Below, piece after piece: positions 51,586-64,000 of a stretch of 64,000 nt of DNA. The translations under genes and the position numbers were made by a program. Source of the DNA: Geosiphon pyriformis uo1 (taxonomy: Eukaryota > Fungi > Glomeromycota). The stretch's first letter is position 1; every line of letters begins with the position of its first letter. The notes beneath the pieces are model-generated. The model searched no databases and was not told the origin of the DNA. It worked only from the letters and a program-made list of their open reading frames with translations. Location of the stretch: contig JAAOMT010000760.1 in the NCBI GenBank assembly GCA_016748015.1, forward strand, positions 568,310 through 632,309, in the 5' to 3' direction.

Positions 51586-53267
51586 TTATTCTTTATAATC
51601 TACATCGCTTTCTCCTTGACTCATATCGATATCATAGAAATTCGAGCTAAGATCTGAATGCCTGACGTGTATAACTGCAGCGCTCATTTCGGTCATCGAT
51701 ATAGTGAAAGTTGAACCATTTCCTAGTTCCGGTTGGATTTGAGAATTCCTACGAGGGGGATAAAGAATGTTGTGGTCCTCGCTACACCAACCTTCATTAA
51801 TTACAAATTGAACAAAGTTTGCCATTCCGCCAACGTTGATGGTTAAGTCTATGAATATAATAATACAATATATTGTAATGTTAAAATAAAAACAATTCTT
51901 GCTTTTTAAAAAATAATTTATCCAATATTGGTCTCAATTATTAATTTTTTACCTGTCACAATATATGCCCAAATTGGGTCATACTTGGGGAATAAAAAGG
52001 AATGTGAAAAAAAATTTAAAACAATGACACCACAAATTCAATACAATCAGATAATCAAATAGATGTGTCCCTCTTACATTGATAATTTGTCCAACAACAT
52101 AAATCATCGACGGTGTCCATTGAATGAGAAAAATTAAGACATATGTAATTATTTTTCGAGTAACTATGTTCTCAATTTTAGCTCTGATAGAAAATTCATC
52201 ACTTGATTCGTCAACTTTTACTTTGACTGAATTTATCTCATTATAAGTTGATGCGTAACAAAAAAATGTGGCCAGTAATATTGTAAAATTAAGAACCAGT
52301 GTGAGAATGGGCATGATTGGTTTCACTTTGTTTGTATAGCACCTGAAATTCAGAATTTTTTAGTCGAATGACAATTAAAAATGGTGGATTTTGATATTTA
52401 AATTACAAAACCATTGGTAAATTACCAATATTTACTCGATCCAAAACTGGGTATTCCAATGATTGTCAAGGTTAGGGAAAGGATTAATATTGTAGCAAAA
52501 AGTTTGTAATCATATCTACCAAATTCCACCCGAATTTTACGAACTATTCGGCAGTATGTGGAAATTGCAATCAATCCGACCAGCAAAATATTAGACGCCT
52601 AGATTTGAAGAAATAAATTAATTGCTTTGTTGGTAAATTTTGAAACAAAATTCTCCTCATTTACTCAATGAAATTGTAAAACCCACGATAAAAAAAAAGG
52701 TGACGCCACCAATAATTTTGCATTGCTTTTCAGGCCATGGTCGGCCGTGTAATATTGGATAAATCTAAATTGAAATAATTTTTTAATAAATTGATTTTAT
52801 TATTGTGAGCTATTCGGAAAATATAACCTTACCAGATTTGGTAGGTGAACAGTCCACAAAAAAAATTCTATATTTTATGAAAATTGATGAATTTTTACCC
52901 TTGAATTTATGCACATCTCAAAATAAGACATAAAACGAAAAACTAAACCTGATATGGCAATATAAAATGGGATTCTCCATGCCCTTGGTAACGATACTCT
53001 GGTATGCCACCACATTCGAAGTGCTCTAAAGAGCACATACGTAGTACAAATAGCACTCAAATTCACCAATGTCACACCCAATCGAGTGACAATTTCTACA
53101 CCTGGGACTCTAAAATTCTCAACATTTTCAATTGAAGAAATTGTGAAATTGGTTTGGTCTGTTGAATTTAAGATAATTGTGGAATTTGAGTCAAGAGTGG
53201 AATTAATGGAAAAAGAATTGTTCGAAAAAAATGTGGTAATGTTTGGAGGAAAAACTAAAGGGTTCAT
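51586..53267 (-). CDS. 7-TM GPCR-like receptor (Git3/cAMP-receptor-like), 7 exons
   Basis: N-glycosylation-rich N-terminus (many NxS/T), seven hydrophobic segments over GT..AG-spliced exons, CKIIGG, SKYW|CY, RKIITYVLIFLIQWTPS and INVGGMANFVQFVINEGW. Confidence 0.85.
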
Positions 53268-56200
53268 AGTCCACTACAACTATAAGAGGTTTCCAGAGAA
53301 TTTGAATTGGTTAGTTAGTTGGTTGGTTGGTTACAAGTGATTGTTTATTGTTTATTGGTGAGCTGGTAAGGAACGAAGGAAATTGAATGAATAAATGAAT
53401 GAGTGACTTATAATAACGGCTAAGGTTTGTTTCGCACCAATAGTTTTGAAAGAGCATAAATCAAATTCAGGTTTGATTTCTTGCGAGTGCAAGATTGTTC
53501 AAAACCAAAAATTCAGCCCTTGTCAAAAGCGTTCAAACCATGTGTAAAAGAATGACGAAAACGGATATCGTCCAAAAGACGGAAAGGTAAATAGGCTTGA
53601 GCAAAGGAAACTTACAAAAGTGAGCTACGTCAATAATATCCCTTGCGTGGTTTCTGAAAAACACAGTCATTAAATGGATATTTGAGTGCTTTAATTTTGA
53701 CGTGTCACTGATGCATTATACAACCGCGTTAGAATATTCACAGTTTCACGTATGTTGATCATTAATGGCCTGTAATATCGTCATCTTTTTGTGAGCCAGT
53801 TTTGGATTGATTTGAAATTCTTTGCCTGTCTTGGGTTAGAAAATTGTTGAGTATCGCTATTAGTATTTTGGTTTTCAAGATACATTATTTTTGAACAATA
53901 AGCAAGGTCATTGTCGACAATAACACTATATTTTTCGAAGACAAGGGTATAATACTGAAAGCCTGATTAAATAGAACAATGGAAATGACAAATTAATGCA
54001 AGATAAAATAAAAGAACAGAATATTCAATCCTAGGATAAGATTGTATAAAGTAACACATGGTCAAATAGGTAGAGATTTATTAAAATGCAGGGTTTACTT
54101 TAAAAGGAATTTATATTTTCAGTCTTTTATTTTTAAAACTTATTTCTTAGATTAGGACTTTGGAATTGAATTTTGAATTAGTCAAAATATTATAAAATGT
54201 ACACATGGTTTTTAATGAAAGGTATGTAGAGTCTATTTTAAAAATACCCTTTTTTATTTGTAAATGAATAATAGGTGCATGATATTATGTAACTGTTAAA
54301 ATACTTTATTTGGGTAAACCGATATTTGTTTAAATTGGATGAAAAATTGATGGATAGTTACTATTTCAAAGTAAATATTTCGGATAGAAAAAGACAAGTC
54401 TGGATTTTTTATCGGGATAAAAATAGTAAAACCTTGCAACAGTTTTCCGCCGTAAAGCTTTTTTACATCACAATAATGTGCAGATTTTTAAGAGGGAACA
54501 AAAATGATCAACAAATAAAAGGACCAAATTAATTTATCAAAGAATTATGACTTTAGATAAAAAAAAAAGAAGCTTTTTAGTTGTCTTTATTTAGAAATAA
54601 ATGAGTATGTGTTAAAGTTAAACTATGTTTGTAAAGTAGTCAATAAGAAAAATATTTTTTATTCAAAGTGGTTTGTTCATTTCTTAAAAAGAAAATTATA
54701 AAATTTTCACATCCAACAAAAAATAGGAGCATTAAAAATTGATTTTATAAAATTGGAACTAAATTTTTTAGCCTACATTAAATAAAATTTTAAAGGCAAA
54801 ATAATATTTTTTTCTTATTACCCAATTATCAATTTTTCTAATAATTAAAAATTTTAATTTTGTTTGCACCACAAAACTATATTTAAAATATTGAATTTTG
54901 ATTTATGGTTTTTGTTGTTAAAAAATTAATTTTTCAGGCTGTTGTTTTTTAATTATATTATATTTCACTGACAAAAGAATTTTTTTTGAATTAGTGATTC
55001 TTGGGGGGTACAACCCAATATTTTTTTATTTCAAATTGATTTACCTGTAATTACTTGTATTTTAATTATTATTCATAATAATAAAATAAGAATATCTTCA
55101 ATGGTTATGTTTAATACAAGAATAATTTATATGAAAAGTGTTTTTTAAGAAACAGAATCCAACTTCAAATGTAAATATCTAATAATACCAATTAGAATAA
55201 AATAATGTTGTTATAATTTAATAATAAAAAAAGTGTGAAATTAATATTTAACTTTTAAATGCATTTAAATAAAGTTAATATAAACAAAATTGATTATATT
55301 GACAAGTCTTTTTTTAAAAAAAAAATTGTCTATAAAACAACCAAATTTGAAATAATTACAAAATATTTAAATTTTTTTTCAAAAATTTATAAGAACCTTA
55401 ACATCACAATATTATAATATTGTCATCAAAAATTCAATTAAAGCAAAAAAAATTTGCAAAATCTAATAATAAAATTATTAATACCTGTTAAAAATTTGGG
55501 TACATGAAACAAAAATGGGCGTTTTCAAATATTATAAATATAGTGATAAAGAGAAGGATAAAAAAGCCGAGATTTTTAGCCTAAAGGGAAGGCCGTTATC
55601 CGAATAAAGTAATAATTTTCCATGCACTCCATTTTAACGTTCAAAAATAAAAATGGAAAATTCTATTAGATTATTTAAAAAAACAACTGTGCTGAAAATT
55701 TTTGAACCATACTCAGCTGATCACCTTAATAATTAGAAAATAAAAGTATCGCTGAAAAGAAAATCTTGAAAATCATTATATTTATTCAAGGAAATAAAAG
55801 TTCTTGATAAACCTAATATTTAGTTTCTCCATTCACTTGCCGAAATTTAATATTATTTTAGGGGGTTGTCTTTATCACTTTCTAGATTTTCAAAATTATC
55901 CCTAAATTTAGAATTTTTCTTGGCAAAAACTCACAAACACATTCTAAATTCAAAAGCTAGCTGAGGAGCCAATGGTTTGCTGATTTTATCCGTCAATTCT
56001 TAAAAAGGATTTGATCTAATTTATTGATATAAAAAGCCGGTGTAATATGCATTTGGAAAGTAAGCAGAAGTCTATTTTGGACACTGAATGTTTAAACCAT
56101 TTTTTTATCTAATATAATCATGCATGCATACCCATGGTTCGATAATTAGTTTATAAAATCAGTATGACGACCTTGGTTGCAATTGTTGAAAAAACCGATC

Positions 56201-56332
56201 GGTAATCTTCAGATTAGCGAAAAAATATCGGAAAAGGTAAAAAGCTGAGTATTTGCTAAAATTGATTAAAATTAATTTTGAATTGTATTTAAAAGTTAAC
56301 ATTATTTAAAACATTGTTTCAAAGAAAGAAAT

Positions 56333-59300
56333 ATGTCAAAAATTATAAGCAATTCTATAAGTGGTAAAATTCCTTTACCATTAATCTTATCCCCTTTCAA
56401 TGTCAAGCATAAAATTAATTACAAAGAGTCGAAATAACTGAAGCTTTATTCTAATTTTATTTATTTTAACCTAAATTCACTTACTTCATCAATCTCGGAA
56501 TTTTCGAAAGATTCGTTTAAAATTGGTGGAAAAGGTAAAGCTCCTCTCGTGAATGACCTTGAAGTCGATATATTTAAAATCTCAAACCAAGAAAAATACG
56601 AAACTGAATTTATTGGACCATCTTCGCCTCGAGGGTAAGGGAAATTTTGTTACCCTTTTTTAAATATATCTTGATTGTAGCGAGATTATTTAAGTATTTT
56701 TGAAATTTTCCGTTGCAAAGATCTGTTACATATGAGAATAGGACACCATATATTGGCCGAGACCATAGCACTAACGTTAAAGATGATGAAGAAGTAGATT
56801 CAAAAGATGGTGAAAATACTCTAGATGAAAACGCAAATGACAGCTCCCTGGATAATGAAGAGGAAAATGAAGAGGAAAATGAAGAGGAAAATGAAGAGGA
56901 AAATGAAACTGAAAATGAAACTGAAAATGGAAATGAAAATGAAAAGGAGGAGGAAGAGGAATTAAGAGTATGACCAACCTTTTCTACTCAAAAAATTAAT
57001 TTTTTTCGAAAGCATTTTCGTCTTTAATTCAGGATTTTTTCAGGATGACATTTTTCTCGATCCTTCAGATAAGGTTTGTGATGAAGATGATAGGAAACGA
57101 AATCCGTTTCAGCGAAAATGTTACTATTTCTTGGAGAAACCAAAATCAATACGAGCAAAGATCTTTTTTGGTTTTTCATCTATATTAGTTTTGGTGACCG
57201 TAGCTCTCACTTGTATTTACTCTCTACCCAGATTTATAGAAGAAAAAAAAATTCATAATCAACTTTGGTAAGTAATTCGTTTAATTTCCAGAGCTAAGTT
57301 CACTTTGGAATTATTCATAACTAGTCTTTGTGACTTTATGAAAGGTTGGCTATGGACCTTATCAACATAGTTGTCTTCACACTTGAATACCTTTTAAGGC
57401 TATATGCGTCAACCAATAGGACAAAGTTTTTTTTTGGTATGTTAGCATTTGATAACTTTTGAGCTGATTGAAGAAATATCTCATTTTTTATTTCATTTTA
57501 TATTCAGGGTTTTTGAACATTGTTGATCTTATTACTCTTATCCCGGTTTACATGGAATTGTTTTTTCCTTTTGACTCAGGGGTATGGTTTGTCTAATTGC
57601 AGGCAGTCCTCATTGATCTACAACTACGTTTCATTTTCTTATCTGTATCTTGTTTCTCATTATTTTTTAGACAGTCCTTCGATACACCAGAATTCTTCGT
57701 TTGTTTAGAATTTTCAAGATATTTCAATTTTCCAGATATTCGCCCGCATTTAATGTAAGTCTGCCGCTGATTCCAATCCAAATCCTAATTGAGAGAACCT
57801 TAGTATATCATGGTTGAACCTTGTAATGAAAAATAGATAACGGCACGAGTTTTCAAGCAATCAGCAGCTCAAATAGCTTTGGCTTCAGTTTGGCTCTTGG
57901 TAGTACTACTTACTTCGTCCGCTCTCTTATTTTTCCTCGAGCGTGGAACCTTTAACCCTGAGGCTGGTCATTGGTTCCGAGAAGGTCCCGATGGGCAACT
58001 TCAAGAAAGTCCATATCAATCGATCATACACAGTTTGTGGTGGGCGGTAACCACTATTACAACCACAGGTTATGGTGATGCTGTTCCAGTATCTCCAGGT
58101 GGAAAAGTCATTTCTGGTATCACTATGTTATGTGGTCTCATGGTATTTGCAATACCAACGTCTATTATTGGCTCAAATTACATTAATGAATGGACAACAT
58201 ATCGTCGGGTTCATTTTCAAAAACGCATGCAGCGAGCTCGCCAAAGAATGCGTTATGAGAAATCATATCCTGAGACTAAAACAAAACGCATAAAAGTTCT
58301 CGAACAACAAAATCAAACATTGTTCGAGGCATTGGACCAGATTCAGGAACTTTTAACTGATATCAACCCTCCTAACTATTGGCAAAAGTACAAATACTTG
58401 CAAGTGGAAAACCGTAAAGCAAATGGGCGAATTTCTAAACTTCAAGAAAAAGTCGCAGAGCTTAAACGCACCGCAAGGAACCTTGAAAATTTTAATAGTC
58501 GTGTGAAATCCAAAAATGATTATCATCCCAGTACTGATTCAACTGTGCATATAGAAGACACGACTTTGGAAAATGGCTCCTCCAAAATTAACTGGCATGT
58601 AAGAACCTTTCCATTTTTAAAGTATTCTCCCCATTCGCTCTCGGTTGCCAAATCTCATAATAATATCGGTCAACATGATAAGAGTCAAACCCTATGGGAA
58701 GGCCCTCGTGTAAGATCTTTAGCAAAGACTCCCCTAAGAGTTATCAAGAAATTCCGTAATTATACACGGCCTGTTCATCCATCGGTCGCCTCATTTTCAG
58801 ACCATGCGGAAATTATTGACGATAACCTCAATACTGTAAATAGCTTGAATATTCCACGCTTCCATAGTCCCGTTGAAAGTGAGGACCATCATCAATGTGC
58901 AATGACATTTCCAGGAACTGCTCTAGAAATGGAGATAGCAAACTTTGCGGCAACGAGAAAATCGCCAAATCGTTTAAAATTTAATAAATCCGGAAGTCCC
59001 AGTCAATTGTTAGACTTATTTGGAGACCATAAACATCATCGTCCTCAAAATGAAGAAAATGATGATACCAGGCCAGTAGTCTCGGAAGGGCAGAGTCATG
59101 GGATATATCGTGATACTATAGTAGAAACCCCAGAAAAAATCCATGATTCATATTTTTCTATTGAAACAGAGACTTTGTTGACGAGTAATCCGGCAGATAT
59201 ATCTAATCGTTTAGATGAAACTATTAATGCACAAAAGATTCAGATAATTGTCGAAAATCCTATAATTTCGAATGAATCAAAGATTAGTTTTGAAAAGATT

Positions 59301-59351
59301 CGGGAAAAACAATCCCCCGTTTCAAGTGAAGAAAATATTTTAGCTCGTTGA
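56333..59351 (+). CDS. Six-TM voltage-gated potassium channel (Kv/Shaker-like), ~8 exons; start approximate
   Basis: Spliced S1 (FLEKPKS..IFFGFSSILVL), S2 FTLEYLLRLYA, S3 NIVDLITLIP, S4 LRYTRILRLFRIFKIF, pore WWAVTTITTTGYGDAVP and S6 FAIP. Acidic E/N repeat in the N-terminus; coiled coil after S6. Confidence 0.92.
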
Positions 59352-59761
59352 AATGCGACGAATTTATTTTATTCAAAAATACCATTTTAAGAAAAAAAAT
59401 GGCTCGATATAGTGTATAAATTGTCTACCTATATAATATAGGGCTATGAACGATCAAAAAAGTGAGTTTCAACAATGTCTTTCTTGAAAATTTCGTTATA
59501 CTAATCACACAAGGAATCAATTTCGGATATCTCCCTTTAGTTAAATAATGAAAAGTGGTAAAAATGTCTAGATAATTTTAGGATAGTTTGATCAAGCCTC
59601 TCACATGGTTGGTGACAATATAATATCTCGTAGAATCGAAATTTTTTTTTTTTTATCAACGAATCACTTAATTTCAACTTGTAAAAATTTTTGACTTAAA
59701 TATACTTTCTAAAAACTTGTAATTGCGAGCTTGTACACCAGTTTTCTTTTTAAAAAATTTC

Positions 59762-61087
59762 TCATTCATAAATATCTATTAACAAAAAATTCACCAAGAC
59801 ATAAATTAAGAATCCACAATTATATAAATTCACCAATCCCAAATTCCCTGCTGTTGCATGATTAATTTTTGTATCTTGATCATTTCCCTTCCTCGTACTC
59901 GTCTCATTCGCATCACTATTATTTCTACCTAACCCACGTCTAGACCCACCAACCAAAAATGGTTCACATTGTGCCGTGAAATTTGACTGTAAAGATTGCA
60001 AACTATCAGCATACATCTTTAGTAACTGATCACTTTTCAATGAAAATGTTCTGGGAAAATCGAGCCAAATCCTTGCAATTTTACTGTAACTTTCCCCGCA
60101 TAGGTTCTCACTGGAAAATACGCGGGAAATTGGATTTTGATTTGTCAGATCAAAGGTTTTGAATTGAGCGTTTGGCGGAGAGAGATCCACTATAGAACCG
60201 ACATCAGATTTCAAGATGTTTTTTGTGAAGTTTGATACCTGTTTTCGTATGTTTATAACACAATATTCTGTGTAAATTAAGAAGAGTTATAAGATTCAAG
60301 TTTGAATGATTTCATGCTGAAAATTGATTCAGAAAGATGCCTTACCATTTGTTGAAGATTTTAAACAATATCCCAGACGTTGGGGTAGACTAGAGTATAA
60401 TGAAAGTATCGATTGTAATAAAATATTTAAGGATTTTGATGCGACCTTGCTGTCATTTATTATTTCTTTGTCACAATCATTTTGTAAATTGTCTAAAAAG
60501 GTTTGAGCCGAAGGGATATCACATTTCAAAGCACAAAATGAATCTAAACTTTTTTTTAATTTCTCAATGTCCGCAGTTGTATCAACGATCTTTCCACCAA
60601 AGCATGATTTCAAATTCTCTGAAGGTCCGAGAAATAATGATTTTTGACAGGAGGTACATAAATTTACGTTGAATTTATTTTCACAAGTTGGTGAAACTTT
60701 TGCTAGGGAAATATCAGGGACTGTATCAAATCGATCAGCTGACGTGTTGTTAAACTCTGGTGTGGTAGTGGTAGTGGTAGTGGTAGTGATGGTGGTGGTG
60801 GTGGTGGTGGTGGTTGTCGGGTTTGATGGAATGATCATCACGGCGTTAAGATTACTTTGAATTGTACTATTTAAAAGCGATTGATTGAGGATTGATATTG
60901 AGTCTATTTTATTGTTCATATAATTGGGGAAAGGTTCATTTAACTGATTTGAATCAAAAAGATTATTGAAATTATTTTTATCTAAGACTGGTGGTTGTGA
61001 AGTTTTTGGAATTGCAGTTGTTATCTGAACGTTTCCACGTGCAAAAACAGCGACAAAAACCCACCACATAATACTCATATTTTTCAT
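59762..61087 (-). CDS. Secreted Cys-rich protein, probably GPI-anchored (exons 61087-60346, 60267-59762); paralogue of 1043-2080
   Basis: Signal peptide and poly-Thr tract. Cys pattern TCE..CTSCQ..SC..FC..KC..DC..CLK..E|YC..LCGESYSKI..W..C matches the first gene. Hydrophobic C-terminus; phase-1 intron at the homologous site. Confidence 0.85.
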
Positions 61088-61214
61088 TATTCAATTAAAA
61101 ATTTTGGCTTTTCCAGAAAGCAAACGAAAGAAATTAAAAGATCATAGACAAGATTGTTCTTTCCAGCTTAAAAAGAGAGTAACCATTTATGAAAAAAAAG
61201 TTTAAAGAAAAATA

Positions 61215-61380
61215 ATTATTTAAAAATTTTTTCAACAGGTACCAAATAGTATTTTTTAAAGTCTTCTTTTTGTTTTTTCCTTCAAAAATAACAACTACCA
61301 ACACCATTAACGTTCAAATGAATGAGCCAGTGAGTAGTTTTACTTACAGGTTAGATTCGTTTAACTGATAGCTCATAGTG
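61215..61380. repeat. Upstream region of the 61087 gene; inverted copy of 5310-5487
   Basis: Direct comparison. Confidence 0.9.
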
Positions 61381-61899
61381 ATTTACAACAATCGGTAACC
61401 GTCGCTTTTTAAAAAAATTTTGGTTGTAGATTCTTTTTTTAAAACCCAGTGATTAACATGCCCGTTATCTTTAATGTGGTTGAAAATATTTTTTCTTGGT
61501 AATACGCACTATTTTCGTAGATAAAAGATAGTTTAAATGGGAAACAAATAATACTGTATTACGATATTATACAAAAGATTATGTCAAATATTGATACTTA
61601 ATCCATTATCATTTTATAACAAGCAAGGACATTTTCGAGTTGATTTTTTTGAAGCAACTGATAAAACCTTTTACATGCATGCACGTAGCTGATTATCCTA
61701 GCTGTTCTTGCCTTAATTTGTATCCTTAATTTCCTTTGTAAAACAAGAGAATATGATGATTATTGCTCTTGTCTATTATTATTGGTTGACCACAATTAAC
61801 TAAAAACCTGATTTAAGGAGCAAAGAATTGTGAAAGAAAATGAGACCAATACAAAATAGTGGATCTGAGGTTCTCAAAAGAACTTCTAAAAACGCTTTG

Positions 61900-64000
61900 A
61901 AAAGTATAGTAATCTCAATTTATTTGCTGGGCTCTGATCTATTCTTAAAAAATACCCAATATTCCCAATCATAAAAGAAAGCAGTTTCAATACTTACAAT
62001 CATTTAAATTTTAATTGTAAAAAATTCTTCATTGTGTCAAATTATCTAAAAATTCAATATTATTTAACGCATAAATTTTGTTTTGCTGTTACGAAAAGTT
62101 GAGCGAAACTAATGGTCGAGCATTTTCGAATTCGAATATTTGTTTCACTTTTTCGATACTTTCTTTATTTGGAAAAACAAGAAAAGTAATTTAATCTCGA
62201 AATTATTTCACTAAAACTTGATACCCCCAGTTTGTTTGTTTATTTATTTAGCACGTTCCAGTATTGCAGGCAATTCAGGCTCCCAAAAATAAAATGATCC
62301 AATGCTTTATTTGACAACATGAAACAGGTTTCGCCATGTGTTAATTTTGCAAAAAAAATTTATCACTTATGCGAAACCACAACTCAGAATTTAATGCATG
62401 GTATTCCTAAAAAACATTAAAAAATTAATAATTTAGGTTCATTAATAGTCGAAAGGAATTTAAAATTATTTTTGAATGAAATGCATAAGAAAATAATAAT
62501 ATAATAATATTATTAATAATAATAAATTCATTTAAATTCAAAATATAATCGTCAAGTTAATAATTTTCGCAAATCACAGCCAGAGATTTAATAGTGGTAT
62601 TTCGGGATTTAACCAATTTTTCCAAATCCATTTTTCATTGACTCACCGAATTTGTACTACAGATGACCTATTTCATTGTCCATTAAAAGTTATTTTCCTT
62701 ATATTTTTAAACCTGTTATCCTCTTACGCAAATTACCTAAAACAAAAGATTCAATTGACTAAATAAATTAATTTATTCACGCCATACCTTTTGGGAATAG
62801 TTTATTTACTCTTAGTGCAAATAAATGTAAGAATGTTCTTAAAATTGATGACGCAAACTTTCTAGAAATTTTTATTCCAAAAAAAACTTTCAATCGACTT
62901 TAAAAATTTGATTTTCTATTGCCACCAAGGAACTTTAAAAAGCATATTAACCATCGTTGGAGGAAAGTTCTTTGTGAATTTTCACGGTCAATTATCACTT
63001 GATAAATTGTGTACATTTCTATCAAGATGTTTTAATTGGGGAAACAGGCTTCCTAATTAAGCTGTGATAGCAATCTTTTTTCGCAGAGAGAGACCATGAT
63101 GCCTTTTTTAATTAAAAAAATTTATAGCTTGGGTATAATAAACTACAGCAAAAAGGCATATACATAAAATGTGTCTTTTTTAAGTATAGACTCAATCCAC
63201 TGATAGAAAATTGAACGCACGTTTTCCGAGTACCCTCTCTAATTTTTTCATTTGCTCTTTCTTCATTATAAATAGTATTACATATTTAACATTTTTAATT
63301 TTAATTATAAGCAAATTTTTTTTCGTTATTTATTTCTTTGATATTAAAAAAATAAAATTTAATGCAAATATATTTCAAAGAAACTTAAAATTCATAGATA
63401 TATTTATGTTAATTAGGTTCTCAAAATAAAAAAATATTGATAATTAAATTTATATTAACATATTATGAGAAACATTTTAAACCCTTCATTATTTCTTATA
63501 TTAAATAATTTTTGACTTTTGAAATAAATTCATCTCAATAATAAATAATATAAATATCCATTTTGAAAAAACAAAACCATATTTATTTGTTAAAACTCCA
63601 AAATTGGCAAATAATAATAAAATAGTATGTAATTTAAAGAATTCTCATATTCAAATTAAATATTCATATATTTTAATAATAAAAGTATTAAAAAAATTTA
63701 TTTATTATATATCTTAATAAAAAAAGCTCTAAATATGAAATTAAAAACGATAAAAATTCACATATCTATATTGGGTTAATAAGATAAAAAATATAAAAAT
63801 TAAAATGAATTAAGAATCAAATGAACAAATGAATAAGACTTTTTAAAATGATTAATATGACTAATTACAAGTAGCTAATATATAATATCAAATTGAACCA
63901 ACCTAAATAATATTGAAATAAATTTATATTGAAAAGTCTGTTATTGGGAATAAACTTTTAGAATCTGTTTGTAAATATCAGATTTTTTTCTTGAAATCAA
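61900..64000 (-). repeat. Inverted copy of 10212-12249 (runs to the window end)
   Basis: Reverse-complement identity over 62430-64000; diverged over 61900-62429. Confidence 0.93.

Noticed and set aside
56777-56977. FHFHF/FPLH repeat ORF (and the poly-Val ORF at 60669-60860)
   Set aside because: Antisense readings of the E/N repeat of the K+ channel and the poly-Thr tract of the surface protein.

Overview
AT-rich, intron-rich eukaryotic DNA. The gene families (BTB/BACK protein, TKL kinase, class-3 lipase-like genes, Git3-like GPCRs, MULE relic) point to an early-diverging fungus, most likely Glomeromycotina; this is an inference. About 12 spliced genes or pseudogenes were rebuilt by hand: two paralogous secreted Cys-rich proteins, a BTB/BACK protein, two lipase-fold proteins lacking the catalytic Ser, a methyltransferase pseudogene, an NAD-dependent epimerase, a bHLH factor, a TKL (pseudo)kinase, a 93-aa secreted Cys-rich peptide, two convergent GPCR-like paralogues and a 6-TM voltage-gated K+ channel. 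The main discovery is invisible in the ORF track. At about 12.25-14.41 kb lies a decayed IS607-type element: a serine-recombinase tnpA remnant followed by a Fanzor2 (eukaryotic TnpB, RNA-guided nuclease) remnant, both interrupted by spliceosomal-type introns. Also present are a 4.2-kb Mutator relic with TIRs, a 9-bp TSD and a perfect 38-bp palindrome, and two long-range inverted repeat pairs. A tandem duplication around a 20-N gap is probably an assembly artefact. All translations and alignments were done by eye; no database searches were run.
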